From contig OZ316896.1 in assembly GCA_973895155.1 (NCBI GenBank), positions 19,270,754 to 19,334,753 of the forward strand: 64,000 nt of DNA, given 5' to 3'. The stretch comes from Marsupella aquatica. Taxonomy: Eukaryota > Plantae > Marchantiophyta. A program made the translations under genes and the position numbers. Positions 13,201 through 25,165 of this stretch are shown here, one piece after another. Numbering within the stretch: position 1 is the first letter of the stretch; each line of letters starts with the position of its first letter. Under the pieces are notes generated by a model. The model had not been told where the DNA came from, ran no database searches, and saw nothing but the letters and a program-made list of their open reading frames with translations.

Positions 13201-14586
13201 TTCAGTCCAAGTGTAGTTGCCTGGTTGAGCCTGGAGAGTCACACCTTCTCATGCATTGAAGGAGGGATGCCTGTAAAGTGCTTAAACTACAACTGCCCCT
13301 GTAAAGGGGCAGGTTACCCGTAGCTCTCATTATAATAAAAGTGCAAAGTTTCAAGAATGAGTTTGAGCTCCACAAAAGGTGATGAGTGCAAATCATTTTA
13401 TTGCCAAGTTCCACAAAAGGTGTTGAGTGTTCCACCTTTTATGGTGAGTAGTGAGACATGGAATGGGGCCTTAATAGTGGCAGGTGTGGGTGTGGTTTAA
13501 ATAAACTAGCGCATGCTCAATAAAACTAAGGAATTGAAAAATTTAGCGAGGGTGGAAGAGATTACTAAACTCAAAATAATAGAGATTACAAAGAGAAAAA
13601 TCCCAAAGGGCATCAAGTGATTCTAGTGGTCATTTAAGTGTTCTTCCAGAGAGTGCACACTTAGAGAGAGTAGAGCATTTAGAGAGAGTGACCATAATTA
13701 GCCAGGCGACAATGAGATAAGGAGCATGTGAAAAATGGACTCATCCCCTTGCATGCTAGTGGTCAGTTAAGTGCACCCTTACAAATATTACCAGATTTGG
13801 CTGAACTTTAGTTGAGTACTGCGATGGGGGCTCAAAATTGGCTCTCAAACAGAGTTTTCAATGTTGCCAAAACTACATGAACTATAGATATTGGTTCAAG
13901 TTAATGTATGTAACCACTTAAGGTTGCAATACCTTGGTCATGGTACTGATGTAGTGCATTTACTAGGTGTTCATCAAAAAGTGTGCCCTTAGAGAGGGTA
14001 GACTATTTAGAGATAGTGACTGACATTGGATGGGAGCCAAGGCCAGGCGACAAGGCTTGGCGGGGAAGGAGGCTGGCTTAGTTGGCCACTATGGGAGCCT
14101 TTCGACACAATGTATTATTTTGCCACACATGCTCAATCGATTTAATATTCCGGATGAGGGGAATGAAATGTTCCAATCATAAAAAATGGCCGTCGAATTA
14201 GATATCGACGCCCAAAAGACATTCGTCAACCTGCGAATGACATGACAACGCCCAACAGCCTCTATAAATCGGTCTCTCAAAATTTTAAATCGATCTGAGC
14301 CGTCCACTTCTGAGATGAACGGTCTGTGCTATTTCAATTTAAAGATTTAATGCAAGCCAAATTACACCTAACTAACAAAATGGGTTTTGCCTCTATGACT
14401 CTATGAACTGTCGTTTCTTCTCTTTCTCTCTTCTCGACGTTTGAGGTGGATCGGCCTCAGTTTGCTTCTTCTTCTCTTCTCTACAGAATCTATAGAGATC
14501 CTTACACTGTAATCACGGGAGTCTACAGCCGTAATTACAGTGTAGTCTGTCGCATCTACAGGTGGTAATTACAGTGTAATTGTCTG

Positions 14587-15477
14587 TCAGTCGCTTTGTC
14601 CGGTGGCATAGCTCGATAGAACTGTCGAGAGCTCTTGTCGTCCTCTCCACTCTTCGCCGGGCTTGAGATGGATTGGAGTTTCAATTGCGGCAGCCTCGAC
14701 ACAGAGCATGTGCTTGTACTCTTCGTCACCGAGATCCGGCAATGCTTTGGCCTTCTTCTCCCACGGATTCCAAACCACCGCATCGGGGAGCCCGTCTTTC
14801 CTCAGCACGAACGTCCGTTTCTTCTCGTGGTCAATTACCGCAATCTTGCTGGGAGTGTCTAAGTAGATTCTGTCCAGCTCCGAGTCGAAGGTAATGGCAT
14901 CCCCCTGTTCCGTGAGGCGTGCCCCATCTTGCAAGCTATCGAGGTAATCCAATGTTTCCAACCCTTCTATCCGTACTTCGCTGATGTCGGAGACACGAAG
15001 GTACGTGTGACAAGCAAATGTGAATGCGAAGGGCTTGGTGTCTTTATTCCTAACGCGCAAGGTCATCGTGAGATCGCCAGATCCGAGGGCCACTCTCAGT
15101 CGGAGCTCGAAGCTGTGCGGCCAAATCTTCAAATCGTCTTCGCTAGGTTTTAGGAGGAGGTCCACGGCAGCTCTGTTGTTTTTCACCAGCGGGGGTTGAT
15201 TCGGTTCCAAAACCCAAAGCCTATTCCGCGCAAACCCGTGCTGCTCGAGGGTTCCCTTAGTGCCGAACTGCGGAAAGCAAATCGGAATTCCTCCCCTGAT
15301 GGCCTTGGGAGGCTTAAACACCGCCTTGGTACTGAGAAACAGCAACTCCTCTCCCCGCTCGTTCTTCCACGACGTTACCTGTCCTCCGAACAGTTGCACC
15401 TCCGCTGTCGATCCCCGTGGCTCCTTCAGACAAATATTTTCAGAACTACTGCTCGCATCCTTCACTCCTTCGGCCAT
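14587..15477 (-). CDS. Glucose-6-phosphate 1-epimerase / D-hexose-6-phosphate mutarotase (aldose 1-epimerase family), intronless CDS
   Basis: 296-aa uninterrupted ORF with family motifs GGQVTSW, KAIRGGIPICFPQFG, QHGFARN, HTYL, DRIY, VVWNPW and MLCVEAA. Confidence 0.95.
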   Translation of the reverse strand: MAEGVKDASSSSENICLKEPRGSTAEVQLFGGQVTSWKNERGEELLFLSTKAVFKPPKAIRGGIPICFPQFGTKGTLEQHGFARNRLWVLEPNQPPLVKNNRAAVDLLLKPSEDDLKIWPHSFELRLRVALGSGDLTMTLRVRNKDTKPFAFTFACHTYLRVSDISEVRIEGLETLDYLDSLQDGARLTEQGDAITFDSELDRIYLDTPSKIAVIDHEKKRTFVLRKDGLPDAVVWNPWEKKAKALPDLGDEEYKHMLCVEAAAIETPIHLKPGEEWRGRQELSTVLSSYATGQSD

Positions 15478-16265
15478 CGTCCGTCAATCCCGCACTCCCC
15501 CTCTACTCTGTCTTTCGTTCCCCACAGAAAAACGAGAATCAAATCAACCTCGAGCAGAGTCCTAGCCCTGTAAACTTCTCCCCGCAAAGAGACCCAAACC
15601 CTCAATCTTACACTGTCCCACTAGTCGTCCGCCTTCCGTCTGCAATTTAGTAATAACCCCCAACCGCGACTAATCACATCCCCAATATCAGCAGCACCAG
15701 GAGACGAAACGCTACGAGAGAAAAAGGGACCAGGGCAATGGGCGGGAATGAGAATGAGCTCCGAGATTGGAGTGCGCATGGACGGATGGAAGGAAGGCAG
15801 ACACCCAACCAGCACGAGGGCGTTGTAAAGCAGACACAGGCGACAGAGGAACCGAAACGCGAACAAGCGAAACACAGATGGCATCGATGTAACGGTGTGT
15901 TGTGGGTCTATCTCCCGCGTTCGATCGTCTCTTCTTCTTCTTCCTCTTCCTCTTTTCTTGCTCCTCGGTCCTGTTCAACTGCTCTACGGTAGTTCTGAAG
16001 AAAGAATCAATTGCTCCCTCTCTCTGTCTCTCTCTCGCTGTGTTTCTCTTTGGGAGCCGAGGACCACAAAGGAGGTGCGGAGGGGAGGGGAGGGGCGGGG
16101 CGGGGAGAGGCGGGGCGTGGTGGTCCATCCTAGCAAAAGCGCATTGTACACTGGGACGGTGGGACCGGACTAACCGCAGTGGCCAACCCTACCCGTAGGT
16201 GAAGTGGTGGGTTTGGCTTTTCGGGTGAGAAAGGTTCTGCGGTAATTATTGTCGGTAAACTCGGC

Positions 16266-16381
16266 TATCCGGCTGTAGAGTCTAGGGAAAAGGATTATCC
16301 GGCTATAGAGTCTAGGGAAAAGGATTATCCGGCCATAGAGTCTAGGGAAAAGGGTTATCCGGCTATGGAGTCTAGGGCAAA
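16266..16381. repeat. 30-bp minisatellite, ~4 copies, upstream of the epimerase gene
   Basis: Head-to-tail TATCCGGCT(G/A)TAGAGTCTAGGGAAAAGGAT units with no spacers. Confidence 0.9.
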
Positions 16382-19300
16382 TGGCTCATGCATGTCTAGT
16401 GCCGGGAGTCACTAAATCTAGTTGGTGAAAAAAATCAAGAATTGAACCCCCTCTTAGGAGGGGGTCATGACTTGCATAGTATCTCTTAAAAAGGCTATTA
16501 TTCTCACCCACGGGTAATCGTTGTTGTTTTTGGAGTTGGGGTGAGAGGGAGTTCTATGCAAATTTCTGTTTGTGACAAGGGTTATCCAGCTATAAATTAT
16601 AGAGCATGAGATGATGAGAATAGCAGCATGGAGTAAAAATGATTACCCATGGGTATCCTTCGTCCCCCTTATGAAAGTTTACGTGTAGGATAACTAAGGT
16701 CTGGGTGGAGGTTGCTAAGCTGTTAACCATGTGTCTTGAATGTAAGAACAAATTGATTGTGGCATTGGGTGGCTTCCTTTAACATTCTGGACACAGGTTT
16801 ATAGATAGTAAATGTTGTTTCATGCTTCAAATTTTCAAGCACAAGATTATGACAATAACATTTGCATAGAGTAGAATTGGTTGCCCACCCCTAAATTCCC
16901 CCCTTTGTTAGGTGCAAAAGTCACTTACTATACTTATAACACTCCAAGAAAGTGCAGTGCTGTACTCTACTGTACGTGCTGGCTCCGTGTCACTCTCATG
17001 TCAATTGCTTCTCATTACAAATGGCATGTGACCGTTCATGTTTGATGTTGTGCCATCTGGATTATTTTTTATTTTTCCCTTACAATATCTTACTCGAATA
17101 CATTCAATCATCACTATCACTCCTAGGTTCTGGTATGACAGGACCCCACGGTTGGTTGCTGGTACGAAGAACCCCATTATAAGTAAAAATCCTCGATAAG
17201 AGAAGAGATTGGGAAATGGGAAAAGAAGAGAACTTTTCCTCCCCCGCTTTGGGTACAACTGGATATTTAACATGGGACAATATAATTAAAGGAGGAAGGT
17301 GCCTCCCACCTGGAGACAAACCCAGGAGACCAAGAGGTTGGCGTGAAGTGAATGTAAAGAGAGTTGCCACTTATCCAACGTCATAAATAAAGTCAGCTCT
17401 TCCTACTGTAAGCGTGTACATACAAGTGCAAATATGGTTTATTTCAGGGTCAGCCTTTCTTCCCTTTTTCCCCGTAGGTCAAGCAATTTTTTTGAAGTTT
17501 CTTTTAAGTGTTGCAAGGCTATTACTACAAGACATACATAAGTGTTAAATCCGTCTATATTTTTTTTTTAAAAGTCTATAAGGCAAAGAATTACTTATCC
17601 CAAAAATCATAGCCTTATCCTAAATGCTTATTGATAAGTGTTTGACATATAGCTGGCCTATCCTTGAATTATTTATTGTTAACAAATTAAAGTACTTCTA
17701 TTATATGACAGTGAGTCAACTTACAAAGTGCATAATTCTTAAAAGTGATCAACAGAGTGACCAAGCTTATGGCTATTAACGCAAGCCACTTGGTATAAAA
17801 GCCATCATATTGATTTAAGGCTAAGAATACACTAATATTAATTCTATGCACATTTGTTACCGTAACAAAGTTTTTGGCACTCTTACTTGGAACCAAAAGG
17901 TACAAAGTAAAACCTCCAAGTTACAATGAAAGGTTATGCACTTTTATATAGACTTCAAGTCTAGCCCACTGGTTGGGACTCTGGTGTTGGAACGGAAAGT
18001 CCTGGGTTCAACCTTTGCCAGATACCAGGCTAGTAGGTTGTAAAATATTATCCCACTACCACACAAACTTGTGAAATTAAATTATTTCTAAAACAAATTA
18101 AAGTGCGTTGTTCCTAGTTCCAAACGAGGAAAGGAACAAAGAGCAAGCCCTCCTAAAGTGAGTTAAAATTAAATCATCACTAAAGAAATTGGGCATTCTG
18201 AGCAGGCTAGGTGGATTCTCCACATAGGAGTGTGACATATTTGGTAGTGTACATGTGGTACTTATGGAAAAATGAGAAAAGTTTGGTTTAAAGTAGAGTT
18301 AGAAGGAAGACACAACTATCTCGCACCAACACGAGGTAGTAGCACCTTGAGAACTGAATGCTCAATACTACAGCTGTGGCAAAATATTACCAAGTTGCAG
18401 GTAAATCAACATATCGGTAAATGGACTGTCTCCAAGATAGTACTTATCATGTAGTGCATACCATTAATAAGTGCAGGGGGATTTTGTCTCAGGAAAGTGC
18501 ACAAATCCTTTTTGTTGCTGCTCCACAACATCTTGCTCTTCATACCCTAGTTGCTCATGTCAAGCCAAAAAACCAAAATATCCTCATTCCTCTTTTACAC
18601 CTTTTGTATTTGTCTGTTATTCTTCCTCACCTTTTCATCTTAGGCAACCTGTGTATGGATTTCCCTTATCATTCAGAACACCACCTCCTTGCCTGCTAGC
18701 CCACAGAAAAACCATTTTTTAAAATAAAGCAAGGTCAAGCCCCGGCCATCAAAATCCTATAAAATTCAAAAGGAGGCAAAAGCCACCCAAAACCAATTTG
18801 GAATAAAGCCCCAAGAGGGACCACCCAGAGGCCAACACCCCCACACCGAGCCCAAAAGAACCCTGGTCAGACTGTGCCACCTCATGAGTAACAGAAAAGT
18901 CATTATCCATAGCTAGTACATCCGGTAGTTGGCTAAGTTGGGCAACAACAGGGCTAGAGGTGACCATGCGACTGCCCTCGTATAAGGGTACTACAGACTC
19001 TTCACAAAACCTCCGCCCAGAATTGGTTTTCTTTCACCAGTTTTCCACCTAGCTACATACTCCATTAGCCAGAATCTAACCCTCATGAAGTAACCTCAGA
19101 AAATTAGTTCAGGGATTTCTTAGCATCCCTAGCTCACCAAGTAAGCTTACAAAGGAATATTCCTGGCATCTCTACCTCACCAGCAAAAAAATTACCTTAA
19201 AATCAACGCTGCCTCAGGCTTATATAGTCCTAAGAGATGCAATCTGAGCCATCCGGAGGAATGAATGGGTAGAAAGTTCACACTAGATAACCTGCATCCC

Positions 19301-19860
19301 ACTTACCAACTTAGCAGCACTAGCTATTTGGTTACTGTAACTTGTGTAAGGCCCACCAATTCCTGGGACTTAATATCAGAATTTCCTTCAAGCAAATGCT
19401 AGTACACCAAACAACAACTAAATACATCTAAAGACACTCACAAGTTTTTGGCGAAAAGGGTCTCCTTACATCTCTGACTTGAGTGTCCGTCGCCCCTGTA
19501 GGATTTAAACACTCCCCAGAGCCCTCAATCATAATCATAGAGGTTCTGTACCTAGTCACCCCAAAAAACAGGAAACACCAAATTCTCAAACTTAGCTTTA
19601 GAACAAGCACACCCAAAACATCCAGGCTCTACAGCTAGCCACCCCCCAAAAAGGAATCACCAAAATAGTCTGTTGTAGCTTTTGGACCTGGCCAGGCAGG
19701 AGTCAGGTACACTGGACCTGATAGGTAGTCTTAACGGTTCATTGTTTTCACTAGCCTTTGTAGTGACTCATGGCATGGCACATGACCAGTCTGCATACGA
19801 CCAATCTTTATTGCAAAAAGGAATGGATTATTAATTTTGGTCCATAATTGCTAAGTCAAG

Positions 19861-20044
19861 ATCCATCCAATTTTGAGGTCTATGGATTATGTATACAAGA
19901 AAGAAAGTCCTGTTTGGAGGCATTATTAGATATAATGCCCTCCAAACAATGAATCCATCCAATTTTGAGGTCTATGTATTATGTATACAAGAAAGAAAGT
20001 CCTGTTTGGAGGCATTATTAGATATAATGCCCTCCAAACAATGA
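19861..20044. repeat. ~92-bp tandem duplication, each unit containing a hairpin
   Basis: ATCCATCCAATTTTGAGGTCTATG...TGTTTGGAGGCATTAT-TAGAT-ATAATGCCCTCCAAACAATGA occurs twice, nearly identical. Confidence 0.9.
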
Positions 20045-22452
20045 GAGCTTAGCTCAAGTTTTGAGGGGTTAATATTGCCCATAATGTTCAAAAACAGGAC
20101 CTTAGTAGACTTAAAGGCCAGAGAGATTCTTCTCTCATCTAACTTTAGTATACATTGAGACAAGTCTTCCTATATCAGAGATGATCCAATCTTGATCAGG
20201 GTATTGTGCTCCACAATGCCCTGAAAATACTAACTGAAAATTTGTGCAGGGCATTAAGAATTTGTAATCCATGACTTTTTCTGTCCATAACGGCTAAGTC
20301 CAGGTCCAGCCGTTTTCTCTTGTTTTAAACATTAGCCAAAGTGGCTACTATTTATGAACCCCCATGGGAAGTTACTTCCAAAATTCCTGGATGCAAGTGT
20401 AACCACATCAACATCATTTGTCACAAACAAGAACAATTGGTTATGAATGAAGTCTATTTAATTTACCAAGCTAACTTAATAAACTTTTCAGCTACTCTAG
20501 CATTTACCAAGGTAACACAAGAAACCCAAGAAACATTTCAACATCTCTAACATAACTTAAGAAACTCTTTGGCTACTATGGATAGAGTAATAACAAGCAA
20601 AGGTAAGAAACACCATAAATACTCTAGATAGAAGAATACCAAGGGACTCTAAGACCTTTCAACTACTATTCATAAAGTAATATTTTGTATGAACTATATG
20701 GAATGTTACATATATTGTATGGAAATAGAGATATTAAGGGAAACATTTTGCATGGAGAATTGCCCTCAATCTTGCCATAAATGTACTCCTATTTGTCTTC
20801 AATGAAATTATCCTTACTACCTTTAAAATTCATTTCATTTCATTTCATTTAGAACCCTTCGTTTAATCTTAGTTTGTCATCTCATCTATCTATTCCAACG
20901 TGCAACTCTTCATGGCTCCAAATAGTTAAATTAAACAAGCTTATATAACCAAGGGGTCCACTAACTAATTTATCTCACAAACAGTCACAAGTAGAGTATT
21001 TTTTTTATCAAACAACTTTCTGAATATTGTAGAGTGTTTCTTAGCTAACACTCCCCCATAGTGCATTAGGTGGTGGTGAATGAAACAAAAAAAATGAAAT
21101 TTTAGCCTGAGTATCATTCGTCTCCCTTGTTTCTTAGATGTTTGAATTTATAAGGAACTTAAAGTCGGGATGGACTGATATGTTGTCTATGAAGCCCCCA
21201 TGGACAAGCCAAACTTGGATGGACTTGACTCAAACACACATACATGCTTGGATACTATTTGTTACACTTGTGTCCAAAAATACCATGTCGGATCATCACT
21301 TTTGTTCACCTGTCCAAAAGTACCTTGTCAAAGTACCACCTTTGCCCATTTTTGTCCAAAGATACCATGTACCAACTAGATCAGGGTTGATTGCAAGCCT
21401 CATTGTATTTTCTTAATATCCTTTTCCCTCAAGCTAGTCACTTTAACCATTTTTTTAGAATTCAATAAAAAAATATAAATGTGTAAGGTAGGTTTAGGTA
21501 TTTGTATGCCTTATCTGGCCTTTATGGTAATAAATTATATAGACTAAGCTCTTCACAATTTACTCTAGTGCCTCAAGTAGTTTGTTCAGTGAGCAAAAGC
21601 AAAATTATTCAAATTTTCCTCAAGAATATTTTTATGTTTATAATATATAGATTGCAAAAATCCCACAAAAGGGGGAAACAAGCAACACAATCCCCGTGAA
21701 CCAATATAACAATTTTCACTAGGAAAACTGGGTGCGAATCTTGATTTTCATAGAGCATTGCTCTTGAGACGGAATTGTATTTTCCATAGTGTCGCTCTTG
21801 TTAAGGAGAGGTTTGACTTATTTTGCTACAACAAAGCTATCTCAGATTTTAATCTAAGAGAGTTTGTTGAGAAATCTTATTTTTCATAGAGCATTGCTTT
21901 TTCACGAAGAGCACTTCAATTAATTTCCCACTGCCAAGCTCCAAGAAATGATATTTTTCAAAGAGTGCTACTTTTGTTACAATAAGCGCTTCCAGTACTT
22001 TGCCGTCGCGGAGGTCTCAAATATTTCAAAAACAATACTAGATGTACAAATCTTTGTTTCATTCAATACATATTTTCGATTCAAGTGTACAGAGTCTCCT
22101 AACTTACTTGAAATGTAGGTAAAAAGCTAATTAGAACATTGATTACCTAGATTTTCTCATCATTAAGTGTAAAATGCTTAGTTTATGTGTCACGGTCCAT
22201 GGGGATGATGGGAGACAACCTTCAAGTCCATCCGGATTTTGGTTTCATTTATAAGATTGACACTGTTTAATTTGTATTTATAATATGCCACTATTTTTGT
22301 GTAAAGTTCCCCTATTACCTTGGTGAACTTGTCATCCATGTATTAAATAGAGACATTTTTGCAAATACAAAGAAGACTTTTTTTTTAAATACAAAAAATA
22401 GTGGCAGCATTGTAAACTAGCATATCTATAGTGTCATAGTAATTAAAAGTTG

Positions 22453-22695
22453 CAAAAAAATGGCTCTCAAGGTCCATCCAATTTTGAAGGTTTAAGATCC
22501 CCTATGAGGGTGCATGGAACCCGTTCGCTTACCACAAGAATTGCGATCAGCCATACTGAGGGACCAGCAAAAAAATGGCTCTGAAGGTCCATCAAATTTT
22601 GAAGGTTTAAGACCCCCTATGAGGGTGCATAGGGGGTGCATGGAACCCGTTCACTTACCACAAGACTCGCGATCAGCTATATTGAGGGACCAGCA
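22453..22695. repeat. ~115-bp tandem duplication
   Basis: AAAAAAATGGCTCT..AGGTCCATC..ATTTTGAAGGTTTAAGA...GGAACCCGTTC.CTTACCACAAGA...TGAGGGACCAGCA occurs twice. Confidence 0.85.
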
Positions 22696-22778
22696 GCTTC
22701 ACATACAGTACACTACAGTAGATTGTGGTCGTAATACGAAGATTGGAGTGCTCGCATTGACACAGCAGTGTAATCCTT

Positions 22779-25133
22779 TGCAGCAAAATACTTGATGGGG
22801 CCCCTCTAGCAAAGATGTTCCTAATGAGCCCCTAACTTTTCAAATATACTTGATGGGGCCCCTTGGCCCTGTAACCCTTTCTCAGGACCTGTCATATTAG
22901 TTTTTCCATTTTTTAATTGTAACATACTGTACAACTATATAAGTCAGTCCACCAGATGTACTCTCTAGAAGCAATTCAGTGTAATTTTGTTTGAAAATAT
23001 GTATAACTTATGTATGAAATATTTAGCCCTTCTCACTCCCATATTCATTTGTTTCATGTTTTCAAATACTTATGCAAGGGAGGTAGCTTAAGGTACTTAA
23101 TTTTTGCTCTCTTTACTAGTTATTTCTCACAATTCTTTGGAATTACTCATACTTGAAAGTATTTCTCCAAAGCATAGTCACTTACCTGAACTTTAGGAAG
23201 GTAAACCAATGGGTTTGGGTGCTATCCAGGTGCTATTTGGGTGCTATTGTTTAGAAGTTTTTTTTTTTAATAAATCACGTGGGACTTAAACAATTCTTTG
23301 ATACTATTTTTCCTAATTTTTTTTTGGAAATATTCACCTTAGGCGTGAGCATGTCCTTGGTGTCATTTTTGTGATATTTCCTTGATGCCCTTGTGACAGA
23401 GTTGAGACTCCCAAGGAATGGGCATTCTGAACAAATGTACAGAGTGGTAGGGCATTTTCCTTGTTAGATTCTGAATTTTATTGATACAACTATTCTCTGG
23501 TTCTGTCTGCTCATTTTTCAGGTCCATGTAATCATCACTTAGGTCCCAATAGCCACCATAGTCATCTCCACAGTCCCTTTTGCAATTTGATTGGTCCTCA
23601 CAACCCGCAGGGTGGTCTGCCTTAACCCTACTGCAAGACCTTTGGAGAGTGGCTCCAAAAAGACAAACATGAACATGAAACATGTATTCTGTTTTCAACC
23701 GGGCAGAAGCCCTCCCATGCAGGACATTCCAACAATGAAGGCAACGATTGAACTAATCAAAACTGTTAAACATTTCTCCAAGTCTAATATGTGACGCTTC
23801 CGCCTCCACTGCAGATTTGGAAAAAAGACATTCAATTAGGTATAAGAAGTCAATTTATTTGTACTGTTGTTGGACAATAAGTCATTTAATTGAAACTATC
23901 CAATTACCTTCATCTTGCGATTTCCCACCCAGGTTCGGAATGTCATTGGCAATTCCTTCCCAGCAGTGACATTGCCCTTGGGGATTTTCAGGTATTGGGA
24001 GATGATATCGATCCCCATATGACACTGAATTATTGGGTAATTGTTACGGAATATGTAAAGAGAATAAGTATTCCGTGCTTTGCAGGGGTAATTTAAAATG
24101 AACAACTTTTTATCATTTTGTCACTAAAGATGTTCTAATTCATTATATTGTCACTGTTTTTCTTGTATTTATAAAAATGCCATGGTTTGGTATAAGGATG
24201 ACAAGTTTGCCAAGGTAACCAAAGGAACTATATACCAAAACTATGACATTCTTATGAATATGAAAAACATAATGACAATATTATAAATTCAAATATGTTT
24301 AGTGACAATATAATTAAAAAATATTAAAATGAATATGAAAGTGGGATTAAAAACTTTGTACATAAGTTGTATATGTATTTTAATGTATATATATATTTTA
24401 AACAAGAGTACACTGAAAATTGATACCAAACACTATAGTTGATGGGAACTTAAAGCTGGGATAGACACAAACGTTTGAGAAAAAACCCCGATGGACAAAC
24501 ACAACCTGGATGGACACAGAACAAACTTAAGATTGTACTTGTATAACATGCTTTTCACTTGTGCTCCAATGGTGACCTGTAAGGAGCTGTCGGACCAGGA
24601 GCAGGAGGTTTTTGGTTGTTTGTTCCCATAATCTATCCAGGCAGGAGCAAAGGAGGAGGTTAGATGTACTTAACTTAATGTCTAAATCTCGGTTAGCTTC
24701 CGTTCATAATACACATGTAATCCATTTTGGGTGTCATTAGGGATTGGTGTTACAGTGTCAACAGGCTGTGTCTATCCCAGCTTTAAGTTCCCTGCTTTAG
24801 GTGTTTGGTATCAATTTTCAGTTAATCTGAATATACCATCCATCAACTAGAACTTAATGCCGGGATAGACACAAACGGACTTAGATAATTGTATAATCAT
24901 GTTACAATTAAAAAATGAAAAAACTGAAAAAACTAATATGACAGATCGTGAGAAAGGGCGTGAGAAAGGGTTACAGTGACAAGAGGGCCCATTAAGTATA
25001 TTTAAAAGTTAGGGGCCCATTAAGTATATTTAAAAGTTAGGGGCCCGTTAAGTATATTTGAAAAGTTAGGGGCTCGTCAGATTATCTTTCGCTAGAGGAG
25101 CCCCATCAAGTATTTGCCCCATCAAGTATTTGC
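22779..25133. mobile_element. Non-autonomous Mutator-like element with long TIRs
   Basis: The left arm 22779-~22940 (GCAAAATACTTGATGGGGCCCCTCTAGC...TGTAACCCTTTCTCA..CTGTCATATTAGTTTTT...AATTGTAACAT) is the inverse of the right arm ~24890-25133. A 10-bp direct repeat TGTAATCCTT flanks it at 22769-22778 and 25134-25143. No transposase seen. Confidence 0.75.
24411..24822. mobile_element. MITE nested in the Mutator-like element
   Basis: TIRs CACTGAAAATTGATACCAAACAC / GTGTTTGGTATCAATTTTCAGT, plus inner inverted block GGGAACTTAAAGCTGGGATAGACACA / TGTGTCTATCCCAGCTTTAAGTTCCC. TA on both flanks if the terminal G of the right TIR was lost. Confidence 0.75.
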
Positions 25134-25165
25134 TGTAATCCTTCGGAGAGCAGAGGAGAGAAGCT

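Noticed and set aside
14556-15650. Several short ORFs overlapping the epimerase
   Set aside because: They are shadow frames of a real GC-rich CDS.
16266-16381. CRISPR-like appearance of the 30-bp repeats (also the 35-bp array at 32.9 kb and the 18-bp array at 50.8 kb)
   Set aside because: The units are head-to-tail with no unique spacers, there are no cas genes, and the context is eukaryotic.
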